DNA of 64,000 nt, taken from positions 65,698-129,697 of the forward strand of contig DAOTMJ010000007.1 in assembly GCA_035450225.1 (NCBI GenBank), given 5' to 3'. Positions 9,831 to 22,988 of this stretch are shown here, one piece after another. The DNA is from Candidatus Hydrogenedentota bacterium (GTDB taxonomy: Bacteria; Hydrogenedentota; Hydrogenedentia; Hydrogenedentales; SLHB01). Below the pieces are notes generated by a model. The model saw nothing but the letters and a program-made list of their open reading frames with translations, had not been told where the DNA came from and did no database searches. The translations under genes and the position numbers were made by a program. Numbering within the stretch: the stretch's first letter is position 1; every line of letters starts with the position of its first letter.

Positions 9831-10143
9831 GGATAATCGGCGATAAAGGCGGATCTGGCGAAAGATTGCTGAGATCCACCGGTTTCTGCAAGGCCAAAAT
9901 AAGACGGAAGTAAAAGGGGAAGAACCTTTCGGGCGCAACGCCTTCGACAGCCAAGTCAATATCTCTCGCGTCTTGCGCGTCGCCCAAGGCGGAACCAAAC
10001 AACCAAACGGTCTTGGCCCCAAACTCTCGTGCGCATGAGGCAATGGCTTCTATCTGTGCGTCGGCAAGCATGAGATATGCCCCGAGTGAATCATGAACGG
10101 ACTCAGGGTGTATATGTTCTCTCAAAAGATGCGCATACTTCAC
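9799..10143 (-). CDS. MNT-type nucleotidyltransferase (type II/VII toxin-antitoxin antitoxin-like)
   Basis: 114 aa; minimal nucleotidyltransferase signature VWLFGSALGDAQDARDIDLAVEG and C-terminal VDLSNL...PIIREKGVRIYQR. Confidence 0.65.
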   Translation of the reverse strand: MKYAHLLREHIHPESVHDSLGAYLMLADAQIEAIASCAREFGAKTVWLFGSALGDAQDARDIDLAVEGVAPERFFPFYFRLILALQKPVDLSNLSPDPPLSPIIREKGVRIYQR

Positions 10144-10216
10144 CGCGCAATGAAATGCCCGCGCCGGGGTGTTTTGTCTTTTCCGGCGCGGGCTGGGAGA
10201 TACGGGTTTCCGGGGT

Positions 10217-12052
10217 TTATTCGACGGTCACGCTCTTGGCGAGGTTGCGGGGCTGATCCACGTCGCAGCCGCGGTTGGTGGCGATGTAGTAGGCCAGCAG
10301 TTGCAGCGGGACGGCGACGACGATCGGGCTGAATGGCTCGTAGCAGTCGGGAACGTAGATGACGTCGGCGCTGTGTTTCTTGATGCCTTCGTCGCCGACG
10401 GTCGCCACGGACAGCACGATGCCGCTGCGGGCGCGGATTTCCTGGATGTTCGAGACCATCTTGTCGTAGGTTGCGCTTTGCGGGGCGATGCAGACAACCG
10501 GGAGTTGATCCGTAACGAGCGCAATGGGGCCGTGCTTCATTTCGCCGGCGCCGTAGCCTTCGGCGTGGATGTAGCTGATTTCCTTCAGTTTCAAAGCGCC
10601 CTCGAGCGCGCTCGGGAAATTGTAGTTGCGTCCGAGGAACAGCGCGCTCTGCGCGTCGCGGTATTTTGGATCCTGCGAGCACTTTTTGACGGTCTCATGG
10701 TTGTCGAGCACCCACTGGATTTTGTCGGGAATCGCGCGGAGATGCGCGATCATCTCGCGGGCTTCGGCCTTGCTCAGCGTTCCGCGGATTTCGGCGAGGT
10801 AGATGGTGAACAGCGAAAACGCGGTGATCTGCGACGTGTACGCCTTGGTCGAGGCGACGCCGATTTCGGGTCCGGCTTGGGTGTAGATGACGCCGTGCGA
10901 TTCGCGCGCGATGCTCGAACCGACGACGTTGACGATCGACACGACCTTCGCGCCCTTGCGTTTCGCGATGCGAATGGCTTCGAGCGTGTCGGCGGTTTCG
11001 CCGGACTGTGTCACGGGGATCACGATGGTGTTCGGGTAGACGATGGGATCGCGGTAGCGGTACTCGGAGGCGATATCCACTTCGACCGGCACCTGCGCGA
11101 ACTTTTCGATGAGATACTTGCCGACAAGGCCCGCGTGCCATGCCGTTCCGCACGACACGATGACGATCTTCTTGCAGTCCTTGAGTTCCTGCAAGTCGAG
11201 TTTCATATCGGCCAGTTGGACCTCGTCCGAACCTTCGTGGACGCGTCCGCGCAGGGTGTTGCGGATGACATCCGGTTGCTGAAAGATTTCCTTGAGCATG
11301 AAGTGCGGATAGCCTTCCTTCTCCGCCGCCGCGTCGTCCCAATCAACGGTCTTGACTTCGAGATTGACGGGCGCGCCGTGGATATCCTCGATTTTGTATC
11401 CGTCGCGGCGGATTTCGCAGACCTGCCCGTTGTCAATGTAGAGGACCTTGCGCGTGTACTTCATGATGGCGGGCACGTCGGATGCGATGTACGCCTCGTT
11501 GTCGCCAAGGCCGACGATCAGGGGGCTTCCGTGCCGCGCGGCGACCAGCACGTCCGGGTTGTCTTTGCAAACCACGCCGATGGCATACGCGCCCTCGACG
11601 TCGTGCAGCGCGCGCTTGACCGCCTCAAACAGGTTGCCCTTGTAATATTTCCGGACGAGATGCGCGATCGTCTCGGTGTCGGTCTGGCTGCGGAACGTGA
11701 CGCCCTCGGAGGTCAATTGTGCGCGGAGTTCCTGGTAGTTTTCGATGATGCCGTTGTGGACGACGGCGATTTCCTGCTGCATGTCGAAGTGCGGGTGGGA
11801 ATTGACCTCGCTCGGCACGCCGTGCGTCGCCCAGCGCGTGTGGCCGATGCCCAGCACGCCCGAAAGGCCCACTTGTTCGAGTTTTTTGTCCATGGCCACG
11901 AGTTTGCCGACGCTCTTGACGCAATCGAGTTTGCCGTCCTTGACCACCACGACGCCCGCGGAGTCGTACCCCCGGTATTCAAGGCGGTGCAGCCCGCTCA
12001 TGATGATTTCAACCGCGTTCTTGTTTCCGATATAGCCGACTATTCCACACAT
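10217..12052 (-). CDS. glmS: glutamine--fructose-6-phosphate aminotransferase (isomerising)
   Basis: 611 aa; N-terminal MCGIVGY (Ntn Cys) glutaminase domain plus two SIS domains; ends in the canonical VE. Confidence 0.95.
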   Translation of the reverse strand: MCGIVGYIGNKNAVEIIMSGLHRLEYRGYDSAGVVVVKDGKLDCVKSVGKLVAMDKKLEQVGLSGVLGIGHTRWATHGVPSEVNSHPHFDMQQEIAVVHNGIIENYQELRAQLTSEGVTFRSQTDTETIAHLVRKYYKGNLFEAVKRALHDVEGAYAIGVVCKDNPDVLVAARHGSPLIVGLGDNEAYIASDVPAIMKYTRKVLYIDNGQVCEIRRDGYKIEDIHGAPVNLEVKTVDWDDAAAEKEGYPHFMLKEIFQQPDVIRNTLRGRVHEGSDEVQLADMKLDLQELKDCKKIVIVSCGTAWHAGLVGKYLIEKFAQVPVEVDIASEYRYRDPIVYPNTIVIPVTQSGETADTLEAIRIAKRKGAKVVSIVNVVGSSIARESHGVIYTQAGPEIGVASTKAYTSQITAFSLFTIYLAEIRGTLSKAEAREMIAHLRAIPDKIQWVLDNHETVKKCSQDPKYRDAQSALFLGRNYNFPSALEGALKLKEISYIHAEGYGAGEMKHGPIALVTDQLPVVCIAPQSATYDKMVSNIQEIRARSGIVLSVATVGDEGIKKHSADVIYVPDCYEPFSPIVVAVPLQLLAYYIATNRGCDVDQPRNLAKSVTVE

Positions 12053-12126
12053 CGTATTCCTACTCCTTAATCGCGCGATCGCGCGACCCTTGCCCGTCCT
12101 TGCGCCGGAAACTTTTCCGGTCGTCG

Positions 12127-12888
12127 CTACAGGGCGATTGTTTGTTCCGCCAAACGCGACAACGCCGCGTGATTCGTCAAATCCCGGTGCAGCGGGGTCA
12201 CGCTGATTCGCCGGTTCTCAATGGCCTCGAAATCCGTGCCCGGTTCCGCGACATGGCTTGGTTCCGCGCCGCCAATCCAGTAATATTTGCCGCCGCGGGG
12301 ATCCGTTCGCCGCACGATTTCGTCGTTGTAGTGCCGGCGGCCCATCCGTGTGAAGGAGACGCCCGCAAATTCTTCGTAGTTCACGTCCGGCACGTTCACA
12401 TTCAACATCGTGTCCGGCGGCAAGCCGTGTTCAAGCACGTGCCGCGCCAATTTCGCCGCGAAACGTCCCGCCGGCTCGAAACATTTCGGCCTGTAACTCA
12501 CGTTTGATATCGCGAACGACGGCACGCCGAGCAACATGCCCTCGTACGCGCCGGCCACCGTGCCCGAATAGGTCACGTCGTCGCCGAGGTTTGCGCCGGG
12601 ATTGATGCCCGAAACGACCAAGTCCGGGCGCCGTCCCAACAAATCCCGCACGGCCAGCATGACGCAATCCGTCGGCGTGCCATCCACCATGAACCACCGA
12701 TCGCGGCCTTCCAAGGGCGACACCCGCAACGGCCGATGAAGCGACACGCCATGTCCCACCGCGCTCTGCTGGCGGTCCGGCGCATACACATGAACTTCCC
12801 CCACCGCTTCCAAGGCGTACGCAAGCGCTTCGAGCGAAGGTGCTCGAATGCCATCGTCGTTGGTGACAAGTATCAGGGGTTTGGCCAT
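12127..12888 (-). CDS. surE: 5'/3'-nucleotidase SurE
   Basis: MAKPLILVTNDDGIRAPS and GINPGANLGDDVTYSGTVAGA motifs; start taken at internal ATG 12888; directly downstream of glmS on the same strand. Confidence 0.9.
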   Translation of the reverse strand: MAKPLILVTNDDGIRAPSLEALAYALEAVGEVHVYAPDRQQSAVGHGVSLHRPLRVSPLEGRDRWFMVDGTPTDCVMLAVRDLLGRRPDLVVSGINPGANLGDDVTYSGTVAGAYEGMLLGVPSFAISNVSYRPKCFEPAGRFAAKLARHVLEHGLPPDTMLNVNVPDVNYEEFAGVSFTRMGRRHYNDEIVRRTDPRGGKYYWIGGAEPSHVAEPGTDFEAIENRRISVTPLHRDLTNHAALSRLAEQTIAL

Positions 12889-13054
12889 CTTTTTTGTGCG
12901 CGGGAAAGGACATGTCCGAAGCGCCAACCGCGTCATCTGTATAGCACACCGGGCCGGGATCTTTCAAATTGGACATTGCCGCTCCCGCCGTTTTCCCGCC
13001 GTTTTCCCGGCCCTTTCCGTGTTTCCGAAAACACAGGGGGGAAAACGTCACGGA

Positions 13055-17903
<4,849 letters not shown>

Positions 17904-18222
17904 TGCGCCTTTCCCAGCGTTGATGGCTGACGTGTTTTATAGCACGGCGCCAACGTAGCCGCAAAATTTAACACCTTAAAATCGGGCTTCCATAAAAACA
18001 ACAAGAAAGTTTTGGGCAATTTGCGCGACCAATTGAAGTTCCATAATTAAGCAAGTGCGAAAAGCGGTGGGTTTTGAGAGCGATTACGAGCAAGAAGAGA
18101 AACTGGGTTGTGGCCAACGCCCACGTCATTTTCTTTGTCGTCCCACGAACGTCATGCGTCTGAATCATCCCTCATGCGGCGCGTGCTATAATCGGCCGGA
18201 CTTCAACAGGAAAGGGTTGCTC

Positions 18223-18777
18223 ATGATGCTGGAACGCGGGAACATGCTGCTGTGCGTCATTGATCTTCAGGACGGCCTGCTGCCGAAAATCGCAGACGCC
18301 GAACGCGTGGTGGGACAGGCCATCCGGTTGATCCGGTTTGCGCGGTTGCTCGAAATCCCGATTCTCTGGACGGAACAGTACCCGAAGGGATTGGGACGCA
18401 CCACCGCGCGGGTGGCGGCTGAACTCAGCGAGTACGAGCCCATCGAAAAGGTGGCGTTCGGCTGTTTCGGCGCGGCGGAATTTGTCGAGGCCGTCGAAGC
18501 CGCGGAACGCGACCAAATCCTCGTGGCGGGCATTGAAACGCATGTGTGCGTGATGCAGACGGTGCTCGAGGGTCTCGAGATGGACTACGACATTTTCATC
18601 CCGCGCGACGCGGTCGGTTCGCGCAACCCCGGCGACGCCGAGGTGGCGCTCGAACGCATGCAGGTCGAAGGTGCGACGGTGGTGACCACGGAAATGGCCA
18701 TTTTCGAGATTCTGCGCGCCGCGGGCACGCCGGAGTTCAAGAAAACGTTGCCGTTGATCAAGCAGATTACAGGCTGA
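18223..18777 (+). CDS. isochorismatase-family cysteine hydrolase
   Basis: 184 aa from ATG 18223; isochorismatase-like pattern LLCVIDLQDG ... ILVAGIETHVCVMQT (catalytic Cys). Confidence 0.8.
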   Translation: MMLERGNMLLCVIDLQDGLLPKIADAERVVGQAIRLIRFARLLEIPILWTEQYPKGLGRTTARVAAELSEYEPIEKVAFGCFGAAEFVEAVEAAERDQILVAGIETHVCVMQTVLEGLEMDYDIFIPRDAVGSRNPGDAEVALERMQVEGATVVTTEMAIFEILRAAGTPEFKKTLPLIKQITG

Positions 18778-18866
18778 AGGTTCGGACGCGCGGGGGCCAT
18801 GAACCGGACGGGCCGGTTTTTCCCTTATCGGATTTTTCCCCCGGACAAGAATGAGGAGGACAACGA

Positions 18867-20072
18867 ATGATGGCGCTGACGGGAATTGTGGCGTGTTTGA
18901 CGATGTCGGCGGCGGAGCCGCTCACGGTCGCGTTCGACGACGACGGGATGATTACGATCAACGGCAAACGGACGTTGATCGTCGGTTCGTATTATGCGGC
19001 GAAATCGGATCGTCCCTTTGACGAAATGGCCGAGGCGGGGTTCAACCTGATTCATGTGGCGGCGGACCCGGACGCGCTGGACACGGCCCACGCGGCCGGC
19101 TTGATGGCGTGGGCCACCGTGGGCGCCATCGATCCCGACAAGCGCGACGAGAGTTCACAGGCGATAGCCGCCGCCGTGGATCGAATCAAGGAGCATCCGG
19201 CGCTCGCGCTCATCGAAACCGTTGACGAGCCGGCGTGGACCTTCATGAAGGCCGATCAGCGGGTGCCGTGGCAGGTGCTCGAAGAGACGTACCGGATCAT
19301 CAAGGCGCGGGATGCGCGCCATCTCGTCTACACAAACCAGGCCCCCACCAATCTCGTGAAAACCCTGCGGCAATACAATGCCGGCACGGACGTGGTCGCG
19401 TGCGACATCTACCCTGTCAACCCCGGATCGAAACCCGGTTTCGCGCTGTTTCCCGACGGCCATCAGGGCGATTTGAACAACGAACACATCAGCCAGGTCG
19501 GCGAATACGTGGACAAGATGCGGCAGGTGACGGGGCCGAATCGCCCCCTGCTCATGGTGCTGCAGGCGTTCGCATGGGAGGCGCTTGAGGACGAACCGGG
19601 CATCAAGGAGCGCCGCGAGGAAAAAATCCAGTATCCTTCTTATGCGCAAAGCCGGTTCATGGCGTTCCAGTCCTTGATCAAAAGCGCCAACGGCATCGTT
19701 TACTGGGGCAGCCATTCCATGCCGCAGCCGTCGCAGGCGTGGACCGATATCAAGCGCGTCGCGCGTGAGATCGCGGATCTGGCCGGACCGTTGTCCACGC
19801 GGACGGCGTCGCTAAGGCCCGGGATTGACTACCATGAAATGGGCCATTCCGTGGACGACGGCGTTCAGACGCTCGCGAAGGAACACGAGGGCCTTCTCTA
19901 CCTCTTCACCTGCAACGCCGACAAGAACTTCTGCAAGGCCACGCTGTCCGGACTGGACGGATGGACCTCGTGCACGGTGCTTAACGAAGACCGGACGCTT
20001 CCCGTCGAAAACGGCGCGATCACCGACACGTGGCGGCGCTTCGACGTTCATGTCTACAGGTTTGCGAAATAG
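18867..20072 (+). CDS. secreted hypothetical protein, TIM-barrel glycoside-hydrolase-like
   Basis: 401 aa with N-terminal signal-like segment; GH5/GH42-like (beta/alpha)8 pattern (EAGFNLIHV ... NQAPTNL ... ACDIYP); family not confidently assigned. Confidence 0.4.
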   Translation: MMALTGIVACLTMSAAEPLTVAFDDDGMITINGKRTLIVGSYYAAKSDRPFDEMAEAGFNLIHVAADPDALDTAHAAGLMAWATVGAIDPDKRDESSQAIAAAVDRIKEHPALALIETVDEPAWTFMKADQRVPWQVLEETYRIIKARDARHLVYTNQAPTNLVKTLRQYNAGTDVVACDIYPVNPGSKPGFALFPDGHQGDLNNEHISQVGEYVDKMRQVTGPNRPLLMVLQAFAWEALEDEPGIKERREEKIQYPSYAQSRFMAFQSLIKSANGIVYWGSHSMPQPSQAWTDIKRVAREIADLAGPLSTRTASLRPGIDYHEMGHSVDDGVQTLAKEHEGLLYLFTCNADKNFCKATLSGLDGWTSCTVLNEDRTLPVENGAITDTWRRFDVHVYRFAK

Positions 20073-20100
20073 CGCGGTTGGTTCCGCACGACAAGGCGGC

Positions 20101-20886
20101 CTACTCGCGCCGGAAGACGGGTTTGCGTTTCGAGGCGAAGGCGGTCATGCCTTCCTGTCCGTCGGGATGCTTGCCGCATAGCGCGATGGCTTCGCGTTCA
20201 CGTTCGAGTTGCATTTCGAGCGGTGTGTGGAACGAATCGTTCAGGCATTGTTTGACGATGCCGAACGCGTGCAGCGATCGTTCGGCGAGCGCGGAGGCCA
20301 TGGCCATCGCCTCGTCCAGCACGCGATCGTCGTCCGTCACCTTGGTCGCCAGTCCCCACGCGAGCGCCTGTTCAGATGTGATTGGCGCGTCCATGCCGGC
20401 GATCTCGAGCGTGCGCGCAAGGCCAATAAGGCGCGGCAGGGTATAGGTGCTGCCGCCGTCCATGCAGAGGCCCCACGAGGTGTACGCCTGTTTGAGCACG
20501 GCCGATTTGGCCATCACGCGGAAATCGCACGCGAGCGCCAGCGAGAGTCCCGCGCCCGCCGCGACGCCGTTGATGGCCGCGATCGCCGGTTTGTTCATGC
20601 GGCGAAGTTCGATCACGCTCTGGTGCAGGACCGGCGCCAGCACGTAGAGTTGCGATTCGGTTTTATCCGGTTCCGAGATGAGCATCCGCAGGTCCGCGCC
20701 GCTGCAGAAGGCCTTTCCCGTGCCGGTCAGGATGACGGCGCGGACTTTCGGATCGATTGCCACGTCCATCAGGCGATCCGCCAGAAGGCGCAGTAGGGAA
20801 CCGTCGAGTGCGTTGAACACGTCGGGGCGGTTGAAAACGATGCGGGCAATACTGCCCTCGAGGCTAAACAACAACGAATCGGACAT
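20101..20886 (-). CDS. enoyl-CoA hydratase/isomerase (crotonase) family protein
   Basis: Start ATG 20886 after GGGAGG; crotonase motifs ILTGTGKAFCSGADL and AAINGVAAGAGLSLALACDFRV. Confidence 0.85.
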   Translation of the reverse strand: MSDSLLFSLEGSIARIVFNRPDVFNALDGSLLRLLADRLMDVAIDPKVRAVILTGTGKAFCSGADLRMLISEPDKTESQLYVLAPVLHQSVIELRRMNKPAIAAINGVAAGAGLSLALACDFRVMAKSAVLKQAYTSWGLCMDGGSTYTLPRLIGLARTLEIAGMDAPITSEQALAWGLATKVTDDDRVLDEAMAMASALAERSLHAFGIVKQCLNDSFHTPLEMQLEREREAIALCGKHPDGQEGMTAFASKRKPVFRRE

Positions 20887-21100
20887 GACCTGTTCCTCCC
20901 GGTAAAAACGGTTTCTTTCGACGAACGACACAATACACAACGGCGCATGGCCATACAAGCCGCTTCCGGGGACCCCAATGCAATCCTTTTGCACAAGTCC
21001 GCCGGCCAAGCCTATACTTGCCCTGAAAAACAGCCGGACACGTTTCGGAAAACACTTGATCGGGTCGTGAAGAAGCAACCGCGGCCGGAATGACCCGGCC

Positions 21101-21784
21101 TTGAAGGAAACCATGAACATGAAAAACGCGCTGAGGGTTGGGATGCTGGTTGGTTTGTGCGCGGCCGCCATGGCCGCCGATGAGGACGCGGGATACGTCT
21201 CTTTGTTCAATGGAAAAGACTTGGCGGGCTGGGTCGGCGACACCCGGGGATATGTCGTCGAGAATGGCTGCATTGTCTGCAAGCCCGGCGGCAATTTGTT
21301 TACGGAGAAGGACTATGCGGATTTTGTGTTTCGTTTCGAGTTCAAACTTACGCCGGCCGCGAACAACGGCGTCGGGATTCGCGTACCCCTGGGCGATGGC
21401 AATCCCTCGTATACCGGCATGGAAATACAGATCCTCGATGATCGTCATCCCGACTATAAGGACATTCAGCCCTGGCAGGCGCATGGATCCGTCTACGGTA
21501 TCGTCGCGGCCAAGCGCGACCATTTGAAGCCGTGCGGCGAATGGAACGAGGAGGAAATCTTTGTGCAGGGCCGCCGTGTGAAGGTAACGCTGAACGGGAC
21601 GGTCATCGTGGACGCCGATCTCGACAAGGCCACCGAAAACGGCACGCTGGATCAGAAGGAACACCCCGGTCTCAAGAACAAAACGGGCCGTATCGGATTC
21701 CTTGGCCACGGCAGCGTGGTCGAATTCCGAAATCTGCGGATCAAGGATTTGGGCCAAAGCCCCGCGTCCGCCCCCAAACCGTAA
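21101..21784 (+). CDS. DUF1080 (3-keto-disaccharide hydrolase) family secreted protein
   Basis: Signal peptide; conserved LFNGKDLAGW ... GNLFTEKDYADFVFRFEFK ... NSGIGIRVP-like ... GRIGFLGHGSVVEFRNLRIKDL. Confidence 0.8.
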   Translation: MKETMNMKNALRVGMLVGLCAAAMAADEDAGYVSLFNGKDLAGWVGDTRGYVVENGCIVCKPGGNLFTEKDYADFVFRFEFKLTPAANNGVGIRVPLGDGNPSYTGMEIQILDDRHPDYKDIQPWQAHGSVYGIVAAKRDHLKPCGEWNEEEIFVQGRRVKVTLNGTVIVDADLDKATENGTLDQKEHPGLKNKTGRIGFLGHGSVVEFRNLRIKDLGQSPASAPKP

Positions 21785-21827
21785 TGTCCGCGCGACCTGA
21801 AACGGACGGCGGCCGGACGGCGCCCGC

Positions 21828-22790
21828 CTACGCCTGCTTGTCGTGCGCGGCGCTCCATTCCCTCGACCATGCGACGGCTTTTTCGATACCCTCGCGCAGC
21901 GGGGTTCGTGGGTTGTAGCCGAGCAGGGCGCGGGCCTTGCCGATATTGGCCACGTAATGCGTGACTTCGCCGACGCGCGAATCTTCGATGCGCAAATCGG
22001 GTTTCACGCCCAATGCCTCGCCAACATAGTTGGCCAGGGTAATCAGCGTCGAACCTTGGCCGTAGGCGAGATTGATGGTGTGGTTCGCGTCGCGCTTGGA
22101 CATGAGCAGTTCGATGCCCCGGTGAATGCCATCCACGCAGTCGTCCACATAGGTGAAATCGAGCGTCTTTTTTTCACCGAACACCGTGACCGGCTGGCCC
22201 TCGGCTATGCGCCGGATAAACAGCGGAATCACGCGTTCCATGCGTTCGATATCGTTGTCGTAACGGCCGTAGACGTTGCTGAACCGGAACACGAGATAAC
22301 GCAGCCCGTAGCATTGCGCATACGAATAGACCAGCGCCTCGCCGGCAATCTTGCTGGCCGAGTACGGGCTTTCCGTGAACGCGAAATCCGCGTGCGACTC
22401 CTCGGTGATGTACCTGTGGATATCGCCGTACACTTCCCGCGAACTGCTGAAAATGAACGGGATATTCCCGTTCTGCCGGCAGAATTCAAGCACGTTGAAT
22501 GTCATGGTGATGTTTTCGAGGGCGCGATCGGGCTGTTGAACCAGTTCATGCACCTTAGCATGCGCGGCCAGATGCACCACGACGTCGAGGTCCTCCGGAT
22601 AGTTTGCCTGCCCGATGCCGCCGTTGAAATTCCGGTATGCCGTGCTCAAGTCTTGCAGCAGCGTCGGAATGCGATCCGTCCATGTGTTGGGACGGATGTC
22701 CACGCCAAACACGAAATGCCCTTCATCGAGCAGCCGGAGTCCGAGATTCGTCCCTATCTGTCCGCTTGAACCCGTAATCAGAACACGCAT
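21828..22790 (-). CDS. NAD-dependent epimerase/dehydratase (SDR-extended) family protein
   Basis: MRVLITGSSGQIGTNL Rossmann N-terminus at ATG 22790; YxxxK (YSASKIAGE) active site. Confidence 0.85.
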   Translation of the reverse strand: MRVLITGSSGQIGTNLGLRLLDEGHFVFGVDIRPNTWTDRIPTLLQDLSTAYRNFNGGIGQANYPEDLDVVVHLAAHAKVHELVQQPDRALENITMTFNVLEFCRQNGNIPFIFSSSREVYGDIHRYITEESHADFAFTESPYSASKIAGEALVYSYAQCYGLRYLVFRFSNVYGRYDNDIERMERVIPLFIRRIAEGQPVTVFGEKKTLDFTYVDDCVDGIHRGIELLMSKRDANHTINLAYGQGSTLITLANYVGEALGVKPDLRIEDSRVGEVTHYVANIGKARALLGYNPRTPLREGIEKAVAWSREWSAAHDKQA

Positions 22791-22988
22791 TATCGTTGCT
22801 CCTTGCCCACACGGCCCGATTGTAGCGACATTGGCGTTCCGAGGCAACAGACAGGCGGGCAGGACTCATCGGACACGCCGCGACACCCTCCCGACCTTTT
22901 CCGGAGGCGGCGTTGCGTCCTTTTTCGGGAATGGAACGATCATGATATATTGCGGGACAGGCCAACCGCAAGCAAAGGTGTTCCGAGC

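Noticed and set aside
9669-10043. ORF-track call of a 124-aa protein largely overlapping the MNT gene
   Set aside because: 245 nt of it overlap the well-supported MNT gene in another frame; only the portion downstream of GTG 9830 is plausible, and it is reinterpreted as the 5' part of the interrupted HEPN-like frame.
12053-12126. Possible glmS ribozyme upstream of glmS
   Set aside because: Only 74 bp separate the glmS start from the surE stop on the same strand, too short for the ~170-nt ribozyme; none of the conserved glmS-ribozyme core was seen.
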